NCBI GenBank assembly: GCA_902536005.1
Contig: CACAVT010000001.1
Span: forward strand, 7 to 64,006
Direction: 5' to 3'
Origin: an uncultured Pelagibacteraceae bacterium
GTDB lineage: Bacteria; Pseudomonadota; Alphaproteobacteria; Pelagibacterales; Pelagibacteraceae
DNA length: 64,000 bases
Shown here piece after piece: positions 28,561 through 38,443 of this stretch. Under the pieces are notes generated by a model. That model had not been told where the DNA came from, searched no databases, and was given only the letters and a program-made list of their open reading frames with translations. How positions within the stretch are numbered: position 1 is the stretch's first letter; every line of letters begins with the position of its first letter. The position numbers and the translations under genes were made by a program.

Positions 28561-29774
28561 TGAATTATATTAAAAAAAAACTTAATATCGAGAGAATAAG
28601 TATTCCTAATATTGCAAAAAAATATGGGACACCTTTTTATTGCTACTCATATTCAAAATTAAAAGGAAATATTAATAATTTTAAAAAAAACTTCAGATCT
28701 TTTTCACCACTTATTTGCTTTGCAGTTAAATCCAACACAAATATTAATATAATTAGAGAAATTAAAAAATTTGGATTGGGTGCTGATGTTGTTTCAGTAG
28801 GAGAGCTGATGATGGCACTAAAAGCAGGAATTAATCCAAGCAAAATAGTATTTTCTGGAGTTGGTAAAACAACAAGTGAAATCAGTTTTGCTATTGATAA
28901 AAAAATTTTGCTTATTAATGCTGAGTCTTTAAGTGAAATTAAAGAAATAAATCGAATAGCAAAATCAAAAAATAAAAGAATAAAAATTGGTGTAAGACTA
29001 AACCCCAATACAGATGCAAAAACATTAAGTCAAATATCTACTGGAAAAAAAGAAAATAAATTTGGTGTAAATAAAAATACATTCTATGAAATTATAAATT
29101 ATTGCAAAAATTCAAAAAATATTGATTTAAAATGTCTAAGTGTTCATATAGGTAGTCAAATTTTAGACCATAGGCCTTATGAAAAAATGCTTAAAGCTGT
29201 CAGCCAAATTCTAAATAAAACAAATCATAAATTTGAATTTATAGATTTAGGTGGAGGTATGGGCATTACTTACACTGATAAAAATAAAAAACTTAATTAT
29301 AAAAAATATAACACAGCCATACTTAAATTTTTAAGAAAACATAAAGTTAAAATTATATTCGAACCAGGCAGATCAATTATTGGTGATACCGGTACATTGG
29401 TATCAAAAATAATCTATATAAAAGATAGTGGAAGTAAAAAATTTATCATTTTAGATGCAGCAATGAACGATTTAATGAGACCTGCTTTATATGGAGCGTA
29501 TCATAAAACCTTACCAGTTACAAAATCTAACAAAATGTCAAAAAAACCATATGAATTTGTAGGTCCTATTTGTGAAAGTACAGATAAATTTGTTACATTA
29601 AAAAAATTTCAAGTTTTGAAAGAAAGAGATTTAATAGCAATATGTGATGTAGGGGCTTATGGAATGTCACTTAGCTCAAATTATAATTTAAGACCTAAGC
29701 CTATAGAATTATTAATAAAGGGATCAAAAATTAAAGTAATAAGAAAAAGACAAAAGCATAAAGATATAATTTAG
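28560..29774 (+). CDS. lysA: Diaminopimelate decarboxylase
   Basis: FAVKSN, HIGSQI, EPGRSI, GPICESTD. Confidence 0.96.
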   Translation: MNYIKKKLNIERISIPNIAKKYGTPFYCYSYSKLKGNINNFKKNFRSFSPLICFAVKSNTNINIIREIKKFGLGADVVSVGELMMALKAGINPSKIVFSGVGKTTSEISFAIDKKILLINAESLSEIKEINRIAKSKNKRIKIGVRLNPNTDAKTLSQISTGKKENKFGVNKNTFYEIINYCKNSKNIDLKCLSVHIGSQILDHRPYEKMLKAVSQILNKTNHKFEFIDLGGGMGITYTDKNKKLNYKKYNTAILKFLRKHKVKIIFEPGRSIIGDTGTLVSKIIYIKDSGSKKFIILDAAMNDLMRPALYGAYHKTLPVTKSNKMSKKPYEFVGPICESTDKFVTLKKFQVLKERDLIAICDVGAYGMSLSSNYNLRPKPIELLIKGSKIKVIRKRQKHKDII

Positions 29775-29786
29775 CTTTTGACAAAA

Positions 29787-30488
29787 ATGATAAGAAACTT
29801 TTTATTTTCAATATTATTTTTTGCTGGAATTATTTTTATTTCAATAATTTTTTTACCATCATTTTTTTTTCCTAAACAGTTTGTTTTGATAGGAGGTAAA
29901 TTAATGGGCCATTGGGCTGGTTTTTGCTTAAGGTTTGTTCTTTCAGTAAAAATTTCAATCAAAGGTAGGGAAAATATTATTAATAATGACAAATTTTTTA
30001 TTGCGGCATCTCATCAATCAATGTTTGAAACTTTTTATTTACAAACAATCTTTAACTCACCTGTATTTATTCTTAAAAAAGAATTATTATTAATTCCAAT
30101 ATTTGGTTGGTATTTAAAAAAAATAGGATCAATTTCAATAAAGAGAAATAAAGTTACAAAAGACAACTTGGGTTTTTTTGATGATATTTCAAAAATGATA
30201 GCTACTTCTAATAGACCTTTAATTATTTTTCCCCAAGGAACTAGAGTTCTTCCAGATGAAAGACCACCTTTTAAAAAAGGTGCTTCGAGAATTTATGAAG
30301 AGCTAAATATTAATTGTCAGCCAGTTGCAATTAACTCTGGATATGTATGGCCTAAAAAAGGTGAAAAGAAATCAAATAAAACAATTACAATCTCTATTCT
30401 AAAACCAATTCCTGCTGGGTTAACGAAGGATAATTTTATTCAAATTCTTGAAAAAAATATTTATTCAGAGTTAGATTTAATTAATTAG
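29787..30488 (+). CDS. plsC: 1-acyl-sn-glycerol-3-phosphate acyltransferase family
   Basis: SHQSMFE and IFPQGTR motifs; start ATG 29787 or TTG 29778. Confidence 0.85.
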   Translation: MIRNFLFSILFFAGIIFISIIFLPSFFFPKQFVLIGGKLMGHWAGFCLRFVLSVKISIKGRENIINNDKFFIAASHQSMFETFYLQTIFNSPVFILKKELLLIPIFGWYLKKIGSISIKRNKVTKDNLGFFDDISKMIATSNRPLIIFPQGTRVLPDERPPFKKGASRIYEELNINCQPVAINSGYVWPKKGEKKSNKTITISILKPIPAGLTKDNFIQILEKNIYSELDLIN

Positions 30489-31597
30489 CCCTTCATAGGC
30501 ATAACAACAAAAATACTATCAAAATCACTTGGATCTTTTATTAGTGCTGGTGAACCAGTATCATTGAAGAAAATTTCAACTCTGTCTCCATCTAGTTGTG
30601 AAGCAACATCTATCAAATATCTAGAGTTAAAACTTATCTCTAAATCATGATCAAACTTAACATTTAAAGTTTCTTTACCATCACCACTGTTGGTATTATT
30701 TACCGAAAGATCAAGAGTATCTTTAGATAAATTGAATTTCACACCATCTTTTTTATCTAATGAAACAGATGCTACTCTATCAACAGAATTTAAAAATAAT
30801 TTTAAGTCTATTTCTAATTTTTTTTGATTATTTTTAGGTATAACTTGAATATAATTAGGAAATTTTCCATCAATAAGTTTTGAAATTAAAATACTATTAT
30901 TTAATTCAAATTTTATTTTTGATTTAATATTTGAAACTTTTATATCTCCATCATAACCATCTAATAAAGAACAAAGTTGGAAAATTGTTTTTTTAGGTAA
31001 AATTATTGGATCAAAATCAATTTTTTTCTCTAATCTAACTTTTGAAATAGACATTCTATGACTATCAGTTGCAACTGCAGTTAAATAATTTTTATCCTCA
31101 ACCTCTGTTTGATGAAAATAAATACCACTTAGATAGTGTCTTGTTTCATCATTAGAAACTGAAAATTTACACTTATTTAATAATTTCAAAAATTGTTTTG
31201 ATTTAATTACAAATTCATTTTGATTAAAATTTTCGTCTGTCAATGGAAACTCTGTTGCACTTATACAATTCAAATTAAAAATAGATTTTTCAGACTCTAC
31301 TTGTAATTTACTTACATCTGTTAGAGAAAGATTTATTTTTTTTCCTGAATTAAACTTTCTTATAATATCATACATGATTGAGGAAGTTGTGGTTGTTTTG
31401 CCCTCCTCTAGAATTTCTACATTATTTAACTGATGTATAAATATTAAATCTAAATCAGTTGCGGTGATAGTAAGTTTTGAATTGCTTGCATCTAACAAAA
31501 TATTAGAAAGTATTGGTAATGTACTTCTTTTTTCAATAACGCCTTGGCAATAATTTAAAGCTTGCTGAAGGTCTTGTTGATTAACGTTAAATTTCAT
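30485..31597 (-). CDS. dnaN: DNA polymerase III beta clamp
   Basis: PILSNIL, ATDSHR, KLIDGKFPNY, VVMPMK. Confidence 0.97.
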   Translation of the reverse strand: MKFNVNQQDLQQALNYCQGVIEKRSTLPILSNILLDASNSKLTITATDLDLIFIHQLNNVEILEEGKTTTTSSIMYDIIRKFNSGKKINLSLTDVSKLQVESEKSIFNLNCISATEFPLTDENFNQNEFVIKSKQFLKLLNKCKFSVSNDETRHYLSGIYFHQTEVEDKNYLTAVATDSHRMSISKVRLEKKIDFDPIILPKKTIFQLCSLLDGYDGDIKVSNIKSKIKFELNNSILISKLIDGKFPNYIQVIPKNNQKKLEIDLKLFLNSVDRVASVSLDKKDGVKFNLSKDTLDLSVNNTNSGDGKETLNVKFDHDLEISFNSRYLIDVASQLDGDRVEIFFNDTGSPALIKDPSDFDSIFVVMPMKG

Positions 31598-31598
31598 T

Positions 31599-33005
31599 TT
31601 ATTTATTATTATATAAAATCTGGTTTTTTAATTTATTTATATTATCAACCATCTCAGGATCTTTTTCTTTTATCTTTTCAATAGTTTTTACTGAATGAAT
31701 TATTGTAGTGTGGTCTCGGTTAGAAAATTCTCTTCCAATTTCAGGTAATGATTTAGAAGTCAAAATTTTAGTTAAATAAATTGCAGTTTGCCTAGGTCTT
31801 ACTAAATATCTTGATCTTCTAGATGATAGCATTTCATTTTTGCTGATTTTGAAATACTTACAAACAATTGTCTGAATTAGATCTATCGTAACCTTATTTT
31901 CTGCTAAATTTAATAAATCCTTTAAAACTACTTTAGTTTCAGCAAGATTTGGGACTTTGTTGTAAATTCTTGAAAATGATACAACTCTGTTTATTGCTCC
32001 AACTAGTTCCCTTATACTTCCAGTTATTTCATTACCTATAAAATCTTGAATTTCTTTAGAAACTTGTAATTGTTCAGAATACAAAGCATTCAATTCTTCA
32101 GTTTTTTTTTCAACTATTTTTTTTCTTAGTTCAAGGTCTGGCTTTTGAATATCAACGACTAATCCGCCAGAAAATCTTGATTTAATTCTTTCTTGAATCC
32201 TTGATAATTTGTTAGGTGATCGATCAGCTGATGCAATTATTTGAGATCCCTTATCAAGTAATGCATTAAATGTATGAAAGAACTCTTCCTGCATAGCCTC
32301 TTTTCCACTTATAAACTGGATATCATCGATTAATAAAATATCTGTATTTCTAAAATATTCTTTAAACTTAACCATGTCGTTTGATTTAATTGATTTTACA
32401 AACTGATACATGAAACGTTCGGCAGAAATAAACATTACTTTATTATTTTTTTTAAGCTCTAAACCTATTGAATTTAATAAGTGAGTTTTTCCCATTCCAA
32501 CACCACCATAAATATAAAGTGGATTATAATGAGATATATTTTCTGAAACTTTTAATGAGGCTTCGTAAGCTAATTTGTTACTTGAACCTGTTATAAAATT
32601 ATCAAATCTTTTATTTGGATCAATTCGATTATACTGAAGGTAAGAATCTTTTATAAATGAAACATTTTCATTAGCATTGTTCTCCTCAATATTATTTTTT
32701 TTTAATGAGATATCTTGAGCTTTTTCAACTATTTTGAACTCAATTCTAATTATGTCTTTTTTATATACTTTAATTATTTGTAATATTTGATCTAAATACC
32801 TTGATGTAATCCAATCTCTAATAAATCTTGTTGGAACTGATAATAGTAAGTAATTATTGAATTCCTCTTCAAACGAAATCTTTTTTAACCAGCTCTCATA
32901 AACTTCTAAGCCTAGTTTATTTTTCATTTCATTCTGCACTTGGTTCCATTCAAAGCCTTTAGAAGAAAAATTGTTAATATTTTTTGTATTTGTTAATTTG
33001 TTCAT
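31599..33005 (-). CDS. dnaA: Chromosomal replication initiator DnaA
   Basis: YNPLYIYGGVGMGKTHL, LLIDDIQF, RDHTTIIHS. Confidence 0.98.
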   Translation of the reverse strand: MNKLTNTKNINNFSSKGFEWNQVQNEMKNKLGLEVYESWLKKISFEEEFNNYLLLSVPTRFIRDWITSRYLDQILQIIKVYKKDIIRIEFKIVEKAQDISLKKNNIEENNANENVSFIKDSYLQYNRIDPNKRFDNFITGSSNKLAYEASLKVSENISHYNPLYIYGGVGMGKTHLLNSIGLELKKNNKVMFISAERFMYQFVKSIKSNDMVKFKEYFRNTDILLIDDIQFISGKEAMQEEFFHTFNALLDKGSQIIASADRSPNKLSRIQERIKSRFSGGLVVDIQKPDLELRKKIVEKKTEELNALYSEQLQVSKEIQDFIGNEITGSIRELVGAINRVVSFSRIYNKVPNLAETKVVLKDLLNLAENKVTIDLIQTIVCKYFKISKNEMLSSRRSRYLVRPRQTAIYLTKILTSKSLPEIGREFSNRDHTTIIHSVKTIEKIKEKDPEMVDNINKLKNQILYNNK

Positions 33006-33147
33006 AACTTAAGGGGAAATCTCAGTTAGAACTATTTAAAAAAATTTGCAACAAGTTAATAAAGAAATTTAAAAAAAAATAAAATCTATGATTGTGATTA
33101 ATTTTTTAAAAAATAATTCTAAATTAAAATTAAATTTAAAATTATAA

Positions 33148-33213
33148 ATTGAATCAAATATAAATTGAATCAATAAAATGATTGAACTAAAATTAAATCA
33201 AATATAGATTGAA
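33148..33213. repeat. Degenerate ATTGAATCAAATATA-like repeats in the rpsT-dnaA intergenic region
   Basis: Units start at 33148, 33164, 33181, 33192 and 33208; two contain GAATC. Confidence 0.55.
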
Positions 33214-33316
33214 TATCTGTAATCCAAATATTTACTAAATCTAAATATAGTAACTTAATACAAAACTTAAATATATGATGTAGATATCAGGAGTTGTTTA
33301 AAATTTAAACTAACGT

Positions 33317-33577
33317 TTAGATTGCAGCAATTTTTTTTGTTATTCTAGAAACATTTCTAGAAGCATTTTGTTTTTTTATTATTCCTGTTTTTGCAATTTT
33401 CATCAACTCAGAGTTTAACTTTGGTAAAAATTTAAGAGCTTCATCTTTCTTTTTACCATCAATTAGAAGGTTCATTTTCTTAAGAGCGTTTTTAAACCTA
33501 CTCTTTCTAGCTTTATTTACCGCTGTTTGTTTAGAAATTCTTCTAATTCTCTTAATTGCTGATTTTGTGTTTGCCAT
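33317..33577 (-). CDS. rpsT: 30S ribosomal protein S20
   Basis: MANTKSAIKRIR N-terminus. Confidence 0.96.
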   Translation of the reverse strand: MANTKSAIKRIRRISKQTAVNKARKSRFKNALKKMNLLIDGKKKDEALKFLPKLNSELMKIAKTGIIKKQNASRNVSRITKKIAAI

Positions 33578-33585
33578 TGCGCAGG

Positions 33586-33614
33586 GGTATAGCTTGAGAA
33601 TTTATAGTGGTCAA
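33586..33614 (-). promoter_or_regulatory. rpsT promoter
   Basis: TTGACC (33609-33614), 17-bp spacer, TATACC (33586-33591), only 8 nt before the ATG. Confidence 0.55.
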
Positions 33615-33626
33615 CTAAATATTTAA

Positions 33627-34490
33627 CTATTTTTGACAAGAAATACAAAAAAAAGTTGATCTATTTGATGTTATTTTTTTTTTTATAATACCCTTACACT
33701 GCGTACGCTTACAACCAGTACCTTCTTGCTGATAAACTTTAAACTCCTTTTGGAAGTTACCTTTATTACCTGAGATATCTTTAAAATCTCTTATACTTGA
33801 ACCCCCCTTATTAATTGCCTGTTGAAGTATTTTCTTAGAATTTAAAATAATACTTAAACATTCATTTTTATTAAGTCTTTTTGCCTTTTTAAATGGATTT
33901 ATTTTACTAGCAAAAAGAATTTCACTTGCATAAATATTACCTATTCCAGAAACAAATCTCTGATCAAGTAAGAAACTTTTTATATCCTTATTTTTTTTCT
34001 TAAAATAATTAACTACATAATTTAAGTTAAATTTATCGCTAAAGGGTTCAGGTCCCATTGATTTAAATCTTTTCTCTAAATCTTGATAATTTTTAATTAT
34101 TTCGAAAAATCCAAAACGTCTTGGATCATTATAAATTACTTTCAAGCTATCAAATACAAACTCTGCATGATTATGTTTTTTAGGTAAAAAAGGTGAATGA
34201 TAAAAACTAGTATTCGTAAATTTTAGAGGCTTTTTCTTATCAAGAATATGAATTGTTCCTGACATTCCTAAATGGATTAAACAATAATCGTTATTTTGAA
34301 AATGGATAATCAAATATTTAGAAAATCTACTAACTTTAATTATTTTTTTATTTTTAAGAAAACTTTCAAAATCACTTGGTATTTTAAACCTTAAATTTCT
34401 GTTTCTAATTATTACTTTTTTTATGCTTTTTTTTTTGATCTTTTTATGAAGGGATTGTCTAACAATTTCTACTTCTGGTAATTCTGGCAT
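33627..34490 (-). CDS. mutM: Formamidopyrimidine-DNA glycosylase
   Basis: MPELPEVE, HLGMSG, GIGNIYASE, C-terminal zinc finger. Confidence 0.97.
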   Translation of the reverse strand: MPELPEVEIVRQSLHKKIKKKSIKKVIIRNRNLRFKIPSDFESFLKNKKIIKVSRFSKYLIIHFQNNDYCLIHLGMSGTIHILDKKKPLKFTNTSFYHSPFLPKKHNHAEFVFDSLKVIYNDPRRFGFFEIIKNYQDLEKRFKSMGPEPFSDKFNLNYVVNYFKKKNKDIKSFLLDQRFVSGIGNIYASEILFASKINPFKKAKRLNKNECLSIILNSKKILQQAINKGGSSIRDFKDISGNKGNFQKEFKVYQQEGTGCKRTQCKGIIKKKITSNRSTFFCISCQK

Positions 34491-34519
34491 TTGATACTAT
34501 ATTCAATATATATTTTTTT

Positions 34520-35224
34520 ATGCAACAAAATCTTCAAAATAAAAAAGGACTTGTAGAAAATGTATTTGATCAGGTCTACAACAAATATGACTTGATGAAT
34601 GACTTTATGTCTATGGGTGTACATAGATATTGGAAAAAAAGTTTAATTAATATGATGAATCCGAGAGCCAGTAGAAAATTAATAGATGTTGCTTGTGGGA
34701 CGGGAGATGTTGGAAAATTATTTTTAGATAGCACAAATAAAGAGGCTGAAATTACTTGTGTAGACCCTAATAAAGGAATGGTCAGTGAAGGAAAACAAAA
34801 ATTATCTAATTACAAAAATGTAAAATGGGTTATTTCTCCAGCAGAAAAATTACCAATAACAGACAATTCATTTGATTATTACACTATTAGCTTTGGGTTA
34901 AGAAATACTAAAAATCTAAATAAAGCACTTTCAGAAGCCTATAGAGTTTTAAAGCCTGGTGGACGCTATCTATGTCTAGAATTTTCTAAGATTCAAAACT
35001 CAAATCTTGATTTTATATATAAAAATTATTCAAAACTCATTCCTATAATTGGCCAGTTTGTAGTTGGAGAAAAAAAACCTTACGAATATTTAATCAAAAG
35101 TATTGAACAATTTATTAATCAAGAGGAATTAATAGAGTTAATGGAAAAAAATAATTTTCATAAATGTTCTTATAGAAATCTTTCTGGTGGTATTATTTCA
35201 ATTCATAGTGGTTGGAAAATTTAA
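34520..35224 (+). CDS. ubiE: Ubiquinone/menaquinone C-methyltransferase
   Basis: YDLMNDFMSMGVHRYWK, DVACGTGD, SFGLRN. Confidence 0.95.
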   Translation: MQQNLQNKKGLVENVFDQVYNKYDLMNDFMSMGVHRYWKKSLINMMNPRASRKLIDVACGTGDVGKLFLDSTNKEAEITCVDPNKGMVSEGKQKLSNYKNVKWVISPAEKLPITDNSFDYYTISFGLRNTKNLNKALSEAYRVLKPGGRYLCLEFSKIQNSNLDFIYKNYSKLIPIIGQFVVGEKKPYEYLIKSIEQFINQEELIELMEKNNFHKCSYRNLSGGIISIHSGWKI

Positions 35225-36792
35225 TGATTAAAAAACTTATTACTTTATTTAAATTAGGAAGAAAAATTGCAAAATCAGATATTTTAAAAATTGCATCAAA
35301 GTTTAAAAAACCTCCTTTAGCTATAACAATATTATTCCAAATATTATCTATTTCGTTTGAAAAGAAGGAACAAAATAATTTAATTGAAGATGATGGTGAA
35401 AGACTATCTAGGTCATTAGAATCTATGGGTACAACTTTCATCAAACTTGGGCAATTTCTTGCTACAAGACCTGATATAATTGGAGAAGAATTATCTTTAA
35501 AGCTAGAAAAACTTCAAGATCGATTACCCCCTTTTTCAATTCATGAAGCAAAAGAAATTATTAAAGAAGATCTTGGAGTTGATGCATTTAATTCAATAAT
35601 TGATTTAAGTGAACCAGTTGCTGCTGCATCAATTGCACAAGTTCATAAAGCAAAAATAAATGACAATGGAACTATTAAAGATGTAGCAATAAAAATTTTA
35701 AGACCAAATATAAAAAAAATATTCAATGAAGAAATAGATGCGATGATGTTATTTGCATTTATTATTGAGTCATTTGTGAAAAAAACAAAAAGATTAAAAC
35801 TTGTTGAAGTTGTTTTTTTACTTAAAGAAATAACTAATCTTGAAATGGATTTAAGATTTGAAGCTGCTGCAGCAAATGAATATGCAGAAAATACTAAAAA
35901 TGATGCTGGATTTAAAGTTCCTGAGATTTATTGGAATTTTACTAGTGAAAATGTAATGACTTTGGATTGGATAGATGGAATTTCAATAAGAGAAGCTGAG
36001 GAGCTTAAGAAAAGAAATTTAGATACTAATAAAATAGCTGAAGATATTATCCAACATTTTTTGAGACATGCTGTAAGAGATGGTTTTTTTCATGCAGACA
36101 TGCATCAAGGAAATATTTTTGTTGATAATAGTGGCCAGATTGTCCCTATAGATTTTGGGATTATGGGTAGATTAGATAAACTTAGTAAAAGGTTTTTAGC
36201 AGAAATTTTATTTGGATTTATTCAAAGAGATTATCGAAAAGTAGCTGAGGTTCATTTAGTGGCTGGATTAGTTCCTAAAGAAGTGCCAATCGATGATCTA
36301 GCTCAAGCTTTGAGATCTATTGGTGAGCCTATATTTGGTCAAGAAGTAAAAGATATTTCAGGAGGAAAATTACTCAAACAATTGTTTGATGTAACAGAAA
36401 AGTTTAATATGCAAACTCAACCTCAATTATTAATGTTGCAAAAAACTATGGTTGTTGTTGAAGGTGTGGCAAGAAAATTAAATCCAAACACAAATATTTG
36501 GACAACCTCAAAGCCTGTACTAGAAAATTGGCTTAAGGAAACAAAAGACCCAATTAATAATTTAAATGAAACTTTAAAAAGTACATCTGAAGTTATTAAA
36601 CGTTTGCCAGAATTTCCAGAGATTATGGATAAAGCAAACCAAGCATTAACATTTTTAGCTAGTGGTCAAATTCCACAAAATTCAAATTCTTACACAGCTC
36701 TGAATGATAAGAAATCAGAAATGATAGCATTTAGAAATCAATCTATTATTGGTTTATTACTTCTTGTAATTTTTGGCCTTATAGTATTTTAA
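35224..36792 (+). CDS. ubiB: Ubiquinone biosynthesis kinase-like protein
   Basis: IKLGQFLATRPD, AAASIAQVH, FFHADMHQGN; ATG 35224 overlaps the ubiE stop. Confidence 0.95.
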   Translation: MIKKLITLFKLGRKIAKSDILKIASKFKKPPLAITILFQILSISFEKKEQNNLIEDDGERLSRSLESMGTTFIKLGQFLATRPDIIGEELSLKLEKLQDRLPPFSIHEAKEIIKEDLGVDAFNSIIDLSEPVAAASIAQVHKAKINDNGTIKDVAIKILRPNIKKIFNEEIDAMMLFAFIIESFVKKTKRLKLVEVVFLLKEITNLEMDLRFEAAAANEYAENTKNDAGFKVPEIYWNFTSENVMTLDWIDGISIREAEELKKRNLDTNKIAEDIIQHFLRHAVRDGFFHADMHQGNIFVDNSGQIVPIDFGIMGRLDKLSKRFLAEILFGFIQRDYRKVAEVHLVAGLVPKEVPIDDLAQALRSIGEPIFGQEVKDISGGKLLKQLFDVTEKFNMQTQPQLLMLQKTMVVVEGVARKLNPNTNIWTTSKPVLENWLKETKDPINNLNETLKSTSEVIKRLPEFPEIMDKANQALTFLASGQIPQNSNSYTALNDKKSEMIAFRNQSIIGLLLLVIFGLIVF

Positions 36793-36800
36793 TTCTGCAG

Positions 36801-38006
36801 ATGAAAAATTTGTTAAATAAAAAAATACTATTTATTATCTGTGGAGGAATATCTGCTTATAAAAGTCTTGAAACAATTAGGCTTTTTAAAAAGAATGGTG
36901 CAGATATAAAGACAATTCTTACAACAAGTGCTAAAGAGTTTGTAACTCCACTTTCAGTAACTTCACTTTCTCAGGGTAAAGTTTATAGCGATTTATTTTG
37001 TGTAGAAAATGAGACAGAAATGGATCATATTTCACTTTCAAGATGGGCAGATATAATTGTAATTGCGCCTGCAACGGCAAATACAATTTCAAAACTGGCT
37101 CAAGGAACAACTGATGATTTAGCATCCACTGTTGTTTTGGCTTCAGATAAAGACATTATTTTAGCACCAGCAATGAATGTAAGAATGTGGGAGCATCCAA
37201 CTACTAAAACAAATATAAAAAAATTAAAAGAGTTTGGATATAAACTAATTGGTCCAGAGGTTGGTGATATGGCATGTGGTGAATATGGAGAGGGTAAAAT
37301 GTCAGACCCATCAATAATTGCTGAAGAAATTGATAAATATTTCTTAACTCAAACAAAAAACAAAAAATTTAAAGCTTTAGTTACAGCGGGTCCAACTAAT
37401 GAGTACATTGATCCAGTTCGTTTTATTACGAATAAATCAAGTGGCAAACAAGGATACGAATTAGCAAAATCATTATCCAAAAAAGGTTTTGATACAACAT
37501 TAATATCAGGTCCAACTAATCTTGAAATGACTAAAGATATTAATCTTATAAAGGTCGAAACAGCAGATGAAATGTTGGTTGCAACACAAGAAAATTTACC
37601 TGTTGATGTAGCAATTTTTTCTGCTGCGGTAGCTGATTTTAAAATTAATAAAAAATATGAAAGTAAAATTAAAAAACAAGATAACTTACATTTAAATTTA
37701 GAAAAAAATATAGACATACTTAATTATGTGTCTAACCATAACTACATGAGACCTGAGCTTGTCATTGGATTTGCAGCAGAAACTAATGAGATTGATAAAA
37801 ATGCAGAGGAAAAATTAAATAAGAAAAATTGCGACTGGATAATTTCTAATGATGTATCAAATAAAGATATAGGATTTAATTCTGATTATAATGAGGTAAC
37901 AATTCATTATAAAAACAGAGACGTTAAAAAAGAAAAACTTTCATACAAAAAAAAATCTGGAATTTCTGATGAAATAGTTGATAGAATACTTGATCAATTA
38001 AATTAA
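36801..38006 (+). CDS. coaBC: Phosphopantothenoylcysteine decarboxylase/ligase
   Basis: APATAN, PAMNVRMW, DPVRFITNKSSGKQG. Confidence 0.96.
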   Translation: MKNLLNKKILFIICGGISAYKSLETIRLFKKNGADIKTILTTSAKEFVTPLSVTSLSQGKVYSDLFCVENETEMDHISLSRWADIIVIAPATANTISKLAQGTTDDLASTVVLASDKDIILAPAMNVRMWEHPTTKTNIKKLKEFGYKLIGPEVGDMACGEYGEGKMSDPSIIAEEIDKYFLTQTKNKKFKALVTAGPTNEYIDPVRFITNKSSGKQGYELAKSLSKKGFDTTLISGPTNLEMTKDINLIKVETADEMLVATQENLPVDVAIFSAAVADFKINKKYESKIKKQDNLHLNLEKNIDILNYVSNHNYMRPELVIGFAAETNEIDKNAEEKLNKKNCDWIISNDVSNKDIGFNSDYNEVTIHYKNRDVKKEKLSYKKKSGISDEIVDRILDQLN

Positions 38007-38443
38007 TGGCGAAAGTTCTTATCAAAAAGTTAGACCCTGCGGTTGAATTACCTGCTTACAAAACAGAAGGTGCATCAGGTATGGATTTGATGGCACTAAT
38101 AAAAAAACCCATTAATCTTAAACCAAACTCATCATGCTTAGTTCCAACAGGGCTTGCTGTTGCATTTTCTAGTGATTTCGAAATCCAAATAAGACCAAGA
38201 TCAGGTTTAGCTGCAAAAAACAGCATTAGTGTTTTAAACACACCTGGAACTATTGATAGTGATTATAGGGGAGAGATAAAAGTAATCCTTTTTAATCACG
38301 GAAAAAGTGATTTTTTAATAAATAATAAAGATAGAATAGCACAAATGATTTTAACTCCTGTAATTAAAATGGATCTTGAGGAAACTGATGATCTACCAGA
38401 AACAATTAGAGGAGAGGGTGGTTTTGGCTCTACTGGAAAATGA
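38006..38443 (+). CDS. dut: dUTP diphosphatase
   Basis: RPRSGLA, GTIDSDYRGE, RGEGGFGSTG. Confidence 0.97.
   Translation: MAKVLIKKLDPAVELPAYKTEGASGMDLMALIKKPINLKPNSSCLVPTGLAVAFSSDFEIQIRPRSGLAAKNSISVLNTPGTIDSDYRGEIKVILFNHGKSDFLINNKDRIAQMILTPVIKMDLEETDDLPETIRGEGGFGSTGK

Noticed and set aside
33006-33316. Canonical oriC upstream of dnaA
   Set aside because: No recognisable TTATCCACA-type DnaA boxes; many alphaproteobacterial origins are unlinked to dnaA; GC skew cannot be evaluated here
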